59,938 nucleotides of DNA, from NCBI GenBank assembly GCA_964528735.1, contig CAZGUV010000004.1, positions 5,427 to 65,364 on the forward strand. The letters are read 5' to 3'. Each line of letters opens with the position of its first letter. The first letter of the stretch is position 1. Shown here piece by piece: positions 28,404-36,293 of the stretch. The notes beneath the pieces were generated by a model. That model had not been told where the DNA came from. It ran no database searches and was given only the letters and a program-made list of their open reading frames with translations. Source of the stretch: an uncultured Candidatus Saccharibacteria bacterium (GTDB lineage: Bacteria > Patescibacteriota > Minisyncoccia > Phycocordibacterales > UBA2100). Both the position numbers and the translations under genes were made by a program.

Positions 28404-29195
28404 ATGCTGGACAACATGCGACTGCGACAGAGCGCCCAAGAGACTGATGCGGTACTTACAGGTGAAATACGAGCTGAAGGAGATTCGTACATATCATCAC
28501 TTGGAAACGGTGCGTCTCAAGTGGTGCTCCCCCCAAAGATTGGAAAGATGATGCATCAAATACTCCGCATACAAGACAAAGTGCGGGATAGACTAGAAAT
28601 TGACGACCGCGCAAAGGCACTTGTTTCTCTTTTAAACTGTAGAAAGACTGCTGCGCTTGCTGGCGGTACACTTCCTCCTCGTGAAGCGGTGCTTTCTGGA
28701 CTTCCTAAACTCAACACAAAAAGTGCGATACGCGAAGCGCTTGATGATCCTTTTACCACTGACGAAGATGGTATTCTCGACATGTTGCGCGATGTCGAAC
28801 GATTGTTGCGTGCAGGTGCGATACCGACGGTATGGACTCCCGAGTCAGAACGCATAACGACTCAGTTGCGCGATGGAACATTTCCTAAGATAGTGCACGT
28901 CTTCGCACCAAATGAAACTGCTCTTACTCAGAGCCTCCTTGCTAAAATAGTCACACGATCACTTGAAGTAGATGATCTGGTAGAAATGGGCTTCATCCAT
29001 TCATTTATCGTGACCGGTAAAGGTACTGATGGCACCTACCACTGTTTTCATAAACAAGGACCGTCAATCAACGAGAAAATTGAAGTCACTTCTCTTGATG
29101 ACCTCTTCGCACATCAATTTGGCGGAAGCATGAAGAAGCAGTATCTCACTATTGTCGGAGACCTTGATACACCTCAACCGAAGGTAAATGTATAG
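28404..29195 (+). CDS. Hypothetical cytoplasmic protein (orphan)
   Basis: Start moved to the ATG at 28404 to clear the overlap with the minus-strand gene. No motif recognised. Confidence 0.45.
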   Translation: MLDNMRLRQSAQETDAVLTGEIRAEGDSYISSLGNGASQVVLPPKIGKMMHQILRIQDKVRDRLEIDDRAKALVSLLNCRKTAALAGGTLPPREAVLSGLPKLNTKSAIREALDDPFTTDEDGILDMLRDVERLLRAGAIPTVWTPESERITTQLRDGTFPKIVHVFAPNETALTQSLLAKIVTRSLEVDDLVEMGFIHSFIVTGKGTDGTYHCFHKQGPSINEKIEVTSLDDLFAHQFGGSMKKQYLTIVGDLDTPQPKVNV

Positions 29196-30940
29196 GCATT
29201 AAGTATTCCCTCCTCCACTTGTATCTCAAGCGTATGTTCGCCATGCGCATCGAGTTTGATGAGCTCATAGAGCCCGTCACGAGTAATCGTCATCGTACTA
29301 TCACCGCCAACATCACGACCTGCAGATGCACCGAGCGGTGCACCATCGAGAAACAGTCTGACTCGTGCACCACTGTCCGAGCGCGCGACAAAGTAGACAT
29401 CACGCGCTGAAAATCGGTACACAATAGATGCAGGTCCTGCATTTGACGCGTATTCCTCATGTATATTCCACTGACCTTTGAGGTAAAGCTGATGTGTTTC
29501 AAGCGTTGCTGGTATCACACCTGCTTGTGTACCGAGTAGATGAGGTGTACCACTCTTGAGAAACTCGTTTCGTGACGCGCCGAAATACGTCTCAGGCGAA
29601 CGCTCCTGCTCGCCCCCTTCACCAACATCAAGCACGATTGGCGCACCCATATCAGGAACTTCTCCCGCAAGGCCGAGGACTCGCGCTCGCTCCGCGAGCG
29701 CGTTCTGAATCTGCCGCTCTGTCTCCTCGTACTCACCCTCACCTATGTGGTCGTAGACAATGTAGCCGTCTATATCTATCAAGTATTTTCTCGGCCAATA
29801 GTGATTTCCAAATGCATTCCATGTTGCGAAGTCATTATCAAGGATGACTGGGTACTCAATGCGAAATGTGTTTGTCACCTCACGCTCGACATTCGCTTTG
29901 ATTTTTTCGAAGGCAAACTCTGGAGTATGCACGCCGACGATGACGAGTCCTTTGTCACGATAGCGGTCATCCCACGCAGTCAGATACGGTATCGTACGTT
30001 TACAGTTGATACAGCTATAGGTCCAAAAATCCACGAGTACGACTTTTTTTCCTTTAAACTCACCAAAAGTAATCGGCCTCCCTTCGGTGTTTATGTAGTC
30101 GCTGATCCCAGTGATTTCTGGCGCCTGACTGTAAAGTTTTGCTTTCGCCTTCTCTCTATCACTCGCATTCGCTGATACTTCCTGCACAGTGCGAGGCATC
30201 TCTTCTTTAAATTGTAGAAGCTTCTGCTCAATCTGTGTCACATCGTAGACATGCTCTGCGATGTAGAGCTCAAGTCGTTTCTCATAACCAGTGAGAATGC
30301 CAATACCAAGGAGTAGAAAGAGTGCGCCGATTCCTCGCTTGATGTAACTGCGCGCATCAGACGCCGTACCCAACTTATCCATCAATCCCTGACTCGCACG
30401 CGCAACGATGAGTAGCCCAACGCACAGCCCGAGTGTATAGACGAGCAGATAGAATAGCCCTTCGATAAGAGAGCGCGGGAGCACCGTAGCGAGTATGAGA
30501 AAATATGTTGGACTACAACTTGAGAACACCGGACCGAGCGCTGCACCGATGAGAATATCTCCAAACGCATTTTGCTTTTGAAATCCTGTCGCGAGCCACT
30601 TATTTGAACTCGCGTTCACCGATGCAAGAAACGAAAGCTTTTCCCAAAGTGCGGGGAAAAGCATCGTAAGACCCAAGATAATGACAATACTTCCTGAAAA
30701 TAGTTCCCAGAAACTTTCAGGAACTGCAATGAGCGAAGTACTCGCTTTAAGAAGAAGCGTAAAGACAATGACTGAGACTCCGAGTGAGATGATTATCGTA
30801 AGTGTTCGGCGGAGGTTCGCCGAACCACTCAGTGTTCCCCCGATAATGACCGGTAAGAGTGCGATGGTGCACGGTGCAAGGACTGTCAGAAATCCTGCGA
30901 CCAGTGACGTAATAAGCAAAATCATACCCCAAGTGTACAT
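29174..30940 (-). CDS. DipZ-like fusion: CcdA/DsbD transmembrane electron-transfer domain, thioredoxin-like (TlpA/redoxin) domain and a C-terminal beta domain
   Basis: The TM domain has LAPCTIALLP and SSCSPTYF cysteines. Redoxin domain has DFWTYSCINCKRTIPYL (CxxC). Start set at the Met at 30940 (MYTWGMILL). Confidence 0.8.
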   Translation of the reverse strand: MYTWGMILLITSLVAGFLTVLAPCTIALLPVIIGGTLSGSANLRRTLTIIISLGVSVIVFTLLLKASTSLIAVPESFWELFSGSIVIILGLTMLFPALWEKLSFLASVNASSNKWLATGFQKQNAFGDILIGAALGPVFSSCSPTYFLILATVLPRSLIEGLFYLLVYTLGLCVGLLIVARASQGLMDKLGTASDARSYIKRGIGALFLLLGIGILTGYEKRLELYIAEHVYDVTQIEQKLLQFKEEMPRTVQEVSANASDREKAKAKLYSQAPEITGISDYINTEGRPITFGEFKGKKVVLVDFWTYSCINCKRTIPYLTAWDDRYRDKGLVIVGVHTPEFAFEKIKANVEREVTNTFRIEYPVILDNDFATWNAFGNHYWPRKYLIDIDGYIVYDHIGEGEYEETERQIQNALAERARVLGLAGEVPDMGAPIVLDVGEGGEQERSPETYFGASRNEFLKSGTPHLLGTQAGVIPATLETHQLYLKGQWNIHEEYASNAGPASIVYRFSARDVYFVARSDSGARVRLFLDGAPLGASAGRDVGGDSTMTITRDGLYELIKLDAHGEHTLEIQVEEGILNAYTFTFG

Positions 30941-30977
30941 GATACTTGGGGTATGTGCATTGACACTTTGTATGAGA

Positions 30978-31715
30978 TTACTGAACTCGTGTAAACGAGA
31001 GAACACCTCCGCGGTCCATATAGATGAGCTCAAGCGTCTCAGGAGTAAGCTTTGCAACTTTAAAGTTGAGGGTATCATCCTGTGAACCTTCCATAACGAG
31101 CTGGAGATACACTGCATTTTCGTCCACAGGGAATTGTACACTCTCAGGCACATTTTCTGCAGAGTACGCTACCCAGACACCGTCCGTTTTCTCTGCTCCT
31201 TCGTACGAATCAGTGACATGTCCGTCTGTGGTAAACTCGCGAAAGAATTTTGCGTCGTCTGTTGATTGCCATTTTCCTGCGATACTTTCAGAAACAATGA
31301 GTGCGACATCTTGCTGAACACCACCTCCTTCTCCGAGGTCACCCCAGTTAAACGGTGCCATGTCAGCGCTCGGGACAGGAGTACAGGTTGTCGTTTCGTC
31401 TGCGTATGAAAGTGTAACTTCCTCACCAGCTCCCACAAAGGTAAACCATCCATCTTCATAGCGCGAACTTGTTCCTTCAACCTGTGTCAGAGTAACCGGT
31501 CCATCATGCATAGTGATTTCAATAGTCTTCAAATCAGCTGATGGCACCATGACCATATCTACTCCATTTGAACATGTGTACGCATAGGTCCCCATGTCAG
31601 CCTGCTCTGCAGACCCCGCAGGCTGTTGTGCCTGTGGCATATAATTTTTTGTATAGAGATACCATCCCCCTCCGATGAGGAGAACTGCTGCGATTATTCC
31701 TGCGATTGTTTGCAT
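30978..31715 (-). CDS. Anchored protein with an MliC-like (C-type lysozyme inhibitor fold) N-terminal module
   Basis: YAYTCSNG...LTQVEGTSSRYEDGWFTFVGAGEEVTLSY...TTC follows the Y-x-C ... S-x-x-x-Y-x-DG ... G-x-E ... C pattern of MliC. Confidence 0.45.
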   Translation of the reverse strand: MQTIAGIIAAVLLIGGGWYLYTKNYMPQAQQPAGSAEQADMGTYAYTCSNGVDMVMVPSADLKTIEITMHDGPVTLTQVEGTSSRYEDGWFTFVGAGEEVTLSYADETTTCTPVPSADMAPFNWGDLGEGGGVQQDVALIVSESIAGKWQSTDDAKFFREFTTDGHVTDSYEGAEKTDGVWVAYSAENVPESVQFPVDENAVYLQLVMEGSQDDTLNFKVAKLTPETLELIYMDRGGVLSFTRVQ

Positions 31716-31783
31716 AAAAATATAAAGATTAAATAACAGACTCAGTGTATACCTGAGGTGTCGTGGGGGCAAATAGGTATGTT

Positions 31784-32302
31784 TTATCGCAGAGTCACTG
31801 TGCCAGCACCATCTTTCATCGTCAAAATGAGCTCGCCTCGAGACGTGAATTCGTATTGGGTTACCTCACTCAAATAGCCAGCGAATTCACCTTCTTGTGA
31901 ACCTTCGCAGTACATCATGGTTGAAAACATGTCTGAGAGCGTCAACGCATTCCACTCGGTGGTGTACTCTCCTCCCATGCTGTTACAGTCGGTGCCGACT
32001 GAAAATCGTCCGCTTTCTTCAAAGGTAAGTGTAAATTTCCCTGGGACTTTTGGCATCACCTTGTCTCCATTCTTTGTTGTTGTGTATTGCCAGACCCACT
32101 GCTTCATGCCGAGATTCATCATACTTGGGTCAGCTTCACCATCCATGTTTTCTCCGACGATGACTGGCGTGTCTTTGATTTCTTCAGTGGCAGCTGGCAC
32201 ATCAGTATCAGCTTGCTTCTCGTGGTAGATATATGAGTTAAAAGCGAAAAATCCAATAACAAGTAGCGCAAGTACACCAAGGGTGTATAGAAGTGGTTTC
32301 AT
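31784..32302 (-). CDS. Anchored META (HslJ-like) domain protein
   Basis: GRFSVGTDCNSMGGEYT...LTLSDMFSTMMYCEGSQ..EFAGYL is the META-domain pattern. Confidence 0.7.
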   Translation of the reverse strand: MKPLLYTLGVLALLVIGFFAFNSYIYHEKQADTDVPAATEEIKDTPVIVGENMDGEADPSMMNLGMKQWVWQYTTTKNGDKVMPKVPGKFTLTFEESGRFSVGTDCNSMGGEYTTEWNALTLSDMFSTMMYCEGSQEGEFAGYLSEVTQYEFTSRGELILTMKDGAGTVTLR

Positions 32303-32338
32303 GTAGTTAGTGTATAACGCTAAGGATGCTGGGGCAAA

Positions 32339-32707
32339 CTAGAGCATGTGCACGTGAACCATCTTTTGCCTTATGAGAGAAGCCTCTGCCAGCGCTTGCG
32401 CAATATCTTCAAGATGCCTATTGACCATCTCGTTGGGGATATGCATTGTGTCATATCCATTTTTGTGGGAATAGTACCCCCGACTCAAATCAGCAACGAT
32501 TTGCTTTGGGTTTGTTAGGTGTTGTATTCCGTCTACCTCAATATTCAGTTTTGCCTTAGGGATAGCAAGGTCAATATTTTTATGACCATCATTAAGTTCA
32601 ACAAACACACGAACTCCTCTGTATTGTAGTGCCTGCTTTAATGCCAATGCTTCCTTTGTTGGTGTGCGAAACTTTCCGACAATTTTGAGTTCTTTTTTTG
32701 ATTGCAT
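32339..32707 (-). CDS. DUF559/Vsr-like endonuclease-fold protein
   Basis: DLAIP..KLNIEVDGIQH core. The start abuts the stop of the SPFH gene. Confidence 0.55.
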   Translation of the reverse strand: MQSKKELKIVGKFRTPTKEALALKQALQYRGVRVFVELNDGHKNIDLAIPKAKLNIEVDGIQHLTNPKQIVADLSRGYYSHKNGYDTMHIPNEMVNRHLEDIAQALAEASLIRQKMVHVHML

Positions 32708-33577
32708 CTATCTCTCTAAATTGATGAAAGGCACAGCTGACCCAGGTATCATCTGTGTTGGAAGGTGTCCATCCCACTTTTCAATTGCCTTGAGGTTCAC
32801 ATAATCTGCACCGCCTTGCGCTGAAAGTGACTGCGCCTGTATGCGCTGCGCTTCAGCAATCGCTTTTGCTGTCTCCACAGTCTGCTGTGCCTCAAACTTT
32901 ATTTGTTCAAGCTTATTCTTTGCAGCTTCTGCGTTTTGCACCGCTGTAACTTTATTCTCGATTGCTTCAGTGAATGCCTTTGAAAATTGGAAATTCGTAA
33001 TACTTGAACGTTCAAGCACCGCATCTTTTGTGGCAAATCGCTCAGCAAGGACTTTGTTTACATTATCACCGAAATCTGCGCGCTTAGTTACCAACTCTTC
33101 TGCTGTGTATTGCGCAGATGTTGATTTAACAACTTCACGAATTATCGGTTCTATTACTGTTGCCTCAAAGTTGTCAACTGACTTGTACTGTGAAAAAATT
33201 GCTTCGACTTTCGCTGCGTCAATGTGGTAGTTAACAACAACACCAATCCATACATCCTGAAGATCTTTTGATGCCCCAGAGAGCTGTGACGAGTCCAGCG
33301 AATCGCCCTCATGCCCATTTTTATCGTAATTTACTGTGCGAGTCTTCACTTCCATTGTTGTCACTTTTTCGATGAAAGGTATTTTGAAGTAAAGTCCTGG
33401 CTCAATTATTGAGATAACCGCGCCAAGTCTTGTTTTCACACCACGCTCACCTGCATTGATAGTCCCAAAAGAGCTGAAGAGAAATACAACTAATGCGCCC
33501 GCGATGAGCGCTTTTTTTGTTATACCCGAATTGACTGACATATCGACTGACAGGATTTCTCTGAGTGATTTTTCCAT
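32708..33577 (-). CDS. SPFH/band-7 (prohibitin/HflC-like) membrane protein
   Basis: N-terminal TM segment, the ERGVKTRLGAV..PGLYFKIPFIEKV SPFH core, and a C-terminal coiled coil. Confidence 0.85.
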   Translation of the reverse strand: MEKSLREILSVDMSVNSGITKKALIAGALVVFLFSSFGTINAGERGVKTRLGAVISIIEPGLYFKIPFIEKVTTMEVKTRTVNYDKNGHEGDSLDSSQLSGASKDLQDVWIGVVVNYHIDAAKVEAIFSQYKSVDNFEATVIEPIIREVVKSTSAQYTAEELVTKRADFGDNVNKVLAERFATKDAVLERSSITNFQFSKAFTEAIENKVTAVQNAEAAKNKLEQIKFEAQQTVETAKAIAEAQRIQAQSLSAQGGADYVNLKAIEKWDGHLPTQMIPGSAVPFINLER

Positions 33578-33660
33578 AAATATGGTGCTACCTACTATAA
33601 TTTGTATAGTGTACTACAAAAAGCAGTGTAATAGTACTATCGATATGCTATCGTGATTCT

Positions 33661-34701
33661 ATGAAACGCGAACGCATGCGGCCATTATTGTATCTTTTTG
33701 TTATTGTTATAGCCATTTTTTCATCAAATCTATTTTTAGAAAAAACTAAAGATGGTGTTTCGATACCCAGCTCTGGATTTCATATAATCCAGGGAGGTAC
33801 GATTGAAGATTCGCTCGCTCCGAAAAACACTGCGCGAGTCCCCTTTATCAAATTCTTACTGGCAAATAGTACGGAAAGTATTGTAGATGTATCAAGTATA
33901 ACTGTACGAATCGACCAACCTGAATACCGTGATGCATTTGTTGACATAGAAATCCTTGATCAATTCGTTTCAAAAATTGGAACAGCAGAGCAATTAACTT
34001 CAGATGGCAGCACGGACATTGTGATAAATACACAGATACAACCAAATGAAGTACAAGAATATACTCTCGTAGCCCACATGTCAGACTGTGGAGACCCTTG
34101 CAGCAGAAACGCACAGATTGTAAGTATGCAAATCACTGCTGTTGACGCTTCCGCACCAGTAGAGGGGAAACTACCTATACCAAGCTCGCAACATACGTAT
34201 AATGCACAGCTCACCGTAGGGCGCATGCTCGTAACCCCACAAACTGTAAGTGCCTTATCTCAGACAGGAAAAAGTAGTACGCTCAATACATTCCAAGTAA
34301 AAAATACAGGTAACGAGGAGATACTCATTTCTGAAGTACGTTTTACAAACACAGGAACACTGGTATCTTCTGATTTTGATAACCTAAAAATCACCTTTGA
34401 TAAAGAAGTGTTCCCTGTTGCGTGGTCACCTGATGGTGTTCATGCAATAGCAGCACTCTCAAAAAAAATTGCTTTACTTGCTGACGAGACACTCACAGTA
34501 ACTTTGAGTGGTGACATCAAGCCAGATGCTGAGGGGTATGCTCAGTTTAATATTCATGACGTAACGGACTTGTACGCAATTGGTCTTACCTACGGATATG
34601 GAATCAAAGTTGATACGCCGAGTGGTACTATCACCAAACCTTTTTTGAGTGGTTTACGCATAGATGCGCGAAGTATGGGAACACTTCCGAGTGTATTGTA
34701 G
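33661..34701 (+). CDS. Hypothetical anchored exported protein (beta-rich)
   Basis: N-terminal TM segment, 346 aa, no recognised motif. Confidence 0.45.
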   Translation: MKRERMRPLLYLFVIVIAIFSSNLFLEKTKDGVSIPSSGFHIIQGGTIEDSLAPKNTARVPFIKFLLANSTESIVDVSSITVRIDQPEYRDAFVDIEILDQFVSKIGTAEQLTSDGSTDIVINTQIQPNEVQEYTLVAHMSDCGDPCSRNAQIVSMQITAVDASAPVEGKLPIPSSQHTYNAQLTVGRMLVTPQTVSALSQTGKSSTLNTFQVKNTGNEEILISEVRFTNTGTLVSSDFDNLKITFDKEVFPVAWSPDGVHAIAALSKKIALLADETLTVTLSGDIKPDAEGYAQFNIHDVTDLYAIGLTYGYGIKVDTPSGTITKPFLSGLRIDARSMGTLPSVL

Positions 34702-34758
34702 ATAAGTAGAAATATGGGGGCTGTTTCTATATTCAGCGCTTCACGTCCTACAAAACCG

Positions 34759-35052
34759 CTACTCCTTATCTTCAAAGCCCCACTGCCATTTTGGCTTCTC
34801 ACCTTTTTTATAGCAAATGCGAATCAAGAGCGCAGTAAGTATCATAATCGGTAGCACGAAGGTAAACATGACCTCGCGTGGTGAAGAAGTTTCATCAAGC
34901 GTGAGCGCTAAGAAAGCCACAGCGACAGACAAGAGTCCAATCACGGTCCAGCCCTGCCATGTCACTGGTACCCAGCCCCAGCCCCACACTTTCCGCTTGA
35001 ACCAGTAGCCCTCTGGATTGTCTTTGTAATATGCGATGAGTTTCTCAAACAT
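34759..35052 (-). CDS. Hypothetical 2-TM membrane protein
   Basis: Trp-rich segment WFKRKVWGWGWVPVTWQGW followed by TMs. Confidence 0.45.
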   Translation of the reverse strand: MFEKLIAYYKDNPEGYWFKRKVWGWGWVPVTWQGWTVIGLLSVAVAFLALTLDETSSPREVMFTFVLPIMILTALLIRICYKKGEKPKWQWGFEDKE

Positions 35053-35076
35053 AGATATAGTGTAGCAAACGAGAAC

Positions 35077-35520
35077 TTATTTCTCAGCAATCTCCTTAAG
35101 TTTCGCGAGTGCTTTTGGCCACATATCATTAAACATGTCTTTCCACTCTGAAGGCACGTTTAGCTCGACGAGCACCTCAGTGCCTCCATCGACGTCTTTG
35201 AATGTATAATTTTCGTACCCTTCCTGCCCCTCAGTGACTGGCCATGGTGTTCTCACCTCATCCTTGAACTCGCCCACGTGTTTAATAGAAACAAATTCAT
35301 GAGGACGGTTTGCTGTAATGACTGCATACATACCCGACATACCTCCACTCTCATCTGGTCCAATAAATTTCATTTCGCTTCCCTCCTCCCAGTTTCCCTG
35401 AAAGGTAGAACCTTCGTGAAATGGTACTGTCCATTGCTCATAGGTTTCCTTTCCAAGCATACTATTCCATACCTTCTCACGCGGAGCGTTGATAATTGCT
35501 GTAAAAGTTAATTTTTCCAT
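35077..35520 (-). CDS. SRPBCC/AHSA1-like domain protein
   Basis: INAPREKVWNSM...YEQW and the overall 147-aa layout are typical of the Aha1/START-like family. Confidence 0.7.
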   Translation of the reverse strand: MEKLTFTAIINAPREKVWNSMLGKETYEQWTVPFHEGSTFQGNWEEGSEMKFIGPDESGGMSGMYAVITANRPHEFVSIKHVGEFKDEVRTPWPVTEGQEGYENYTFKDVDGGTEVLVELNVPSEWKDMFNDMWPKALAKLKEIAEK

Positions 35521-35623
35521 ATCTGTCTATTATCGACAATGAATCACCTTTTGACAAACCACATGATTGCGCGGTGCAGACCTGAGGGACTGCTGCTCAG
35601 GCCTTATCGGCGGTTCATTTCTT

Positions 35624-35636
35624 TGCTGCCGGACTT
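35624..35636 (-). repeat. 13-nt direct copy of the 3' end of tRNA-Gln
   Basis: The + strand tgctgccggactt is identical to 35799-35811 at the intact tRNA. Confidence 0.8.
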
Positions 35637-35746
35637 TGTGATTCGCCCTCCGCATATTCCCTCGCCGTCGCTCGGAAATTGCTAGGGCCGCGGCTCGCGG
35701 TTTTGTCTGCTAACAAAACATCGCTGCGCCGTTCGAATCCAATCCG
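35630..35746. other. Candidate 117-nt stem-closed structured element derived from tRNA-Gln fragments
   Basis: Minus sense, 5' CGGATTGGATTCG pairs imperfectly with 3' CGAATCACAAAGTCCG. Internal hairpins are GTTTTGT/ACAAAAC (35700-35719), CGCG-AGC-CGCG and CCG-AGCGA-CGG. Confidence 0.3.
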
Positions 35747-35751
35747 TGCAG
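35731..35751 (+). repeat. Inverted partial copy of the tRNA-Gln T-loop/acceptor 3' segment
   Basis: The + strand gttcgaatccaatccgtgcag compares with the tRNA sense GGTTCGAATCCAAGTCCGGCAG. Confidence 0.7.
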
Positions 35752-35763
35752 GTGACATAGCAA

Positions 35764-35790
35764 AAACCCAAGACGCATGGTCTTGGGTTT
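35764..35790 (-). terminator. Rho-independent terminator after tRNA-Gln
   Basis: 11-bp stem aaacccaagac / gtcttgggttt with a 5-nt loop and a T-run on the minus strand. Confidence 0.7.
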
Positions 35791-35800
35791 GCTAGTCATG

Positions 35801-35871
35801 CTGCCGGACTTGGATTCGAACCAAGATACACTCCTCCAGAGGGAGTAGTCCTACCATTAGACGATCCGGCA
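35801..35871 (-). tRNA. tRNA-Gln (anticodon CUG), CCA not encoded
   Basis: Hand-folded cloverleaf: acceptor TGCCGGA/TCCGGCA (U1:A72), D arm GTCT-AATGGTA-GGAC, anticodon arm ACTCC-CTCTGGA-GGAGT, T arm CTTGG-TTCGAAT-CCAAG. 71 nt. Confidence 0.9.
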
Positions 35872-35894
35872 ATAATATACGCGCTCACATTTGC

Positions 35895-35942
35895 GAGGAG
35901 TAGTTAGGCAGATTGAGGTAGCTCCCACCCGACGATCCGGCA
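35895..35942 (-). repeat. Degenerate copy of the tRNA-Gln 5' half (pseudo-tRNA fragment)
   Basis: gacgatccggca (12 nt) and ggagtagt are identical to the intact gene. They are separated by a diverged, longer D-arm region that no longer folds. Confidence 0.6.
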
Positions 35943-36027
35943 AATTACTTGTTAGCTTTCACAACAAGTCGCGGTAGCATAGCAGAAACAGAGGTGTATT
36001 TCCACTCTTGTTTGCTATACTCATCAT

Positions 36028-36279
36028 ATGGAAAAGCCTGTAGGACGAATGCCCGACCACGAGTTTAAGAAACTTGGAGAAAGCACTGACTCCTATATCC
36101 GTGTTGAATTTGCTGGAAAGCTCAAAAAAGAATTCCCTACGATGGTAGATGTGCCTGACGATACCAAGCTCTACGTAGTCACCGACGCTGCCGGCGATGC
36201 CATCTTCGTAACCGATTCAGAAGATGGAGCCCTTGGGCTTGCGACAAGTAAAGGCTACCGTGTGTGGCGTCCTAATTAA
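36028..36279 (+). CDS. Small cytoplasmic protein, DUF1150-like
   Basis: 83 aa. The pattern YIRVE...LYVVTDAAGDAIFVTDSEDGALGLA resembles DUF1150. Weak, by-eye call. Confidence 0.4.
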   Translation: MEKPVGRMPDHEFKKLGESTDSYIRVEFAGKLKKEFPTMVDVPDDTKLYVVTDAAGDAIFVTDSEDGALGLATSKGYRVWRPN

Positions 36280-36293
36280 TCTCCTCAGTTGCC

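Noticed and set aside
35560-35760. Possible tmRNA, because of a GGATTCGAAC string reminiscent of the tmRNA 5' region
   Set aside because: There is no G3:U70 alanine identity acceptor stem, no matching 3' T-arm/ACCA end and no tag reading frame. The string is better explained as an inverted fragment of the neighbouring tRNA-Gln T arm.
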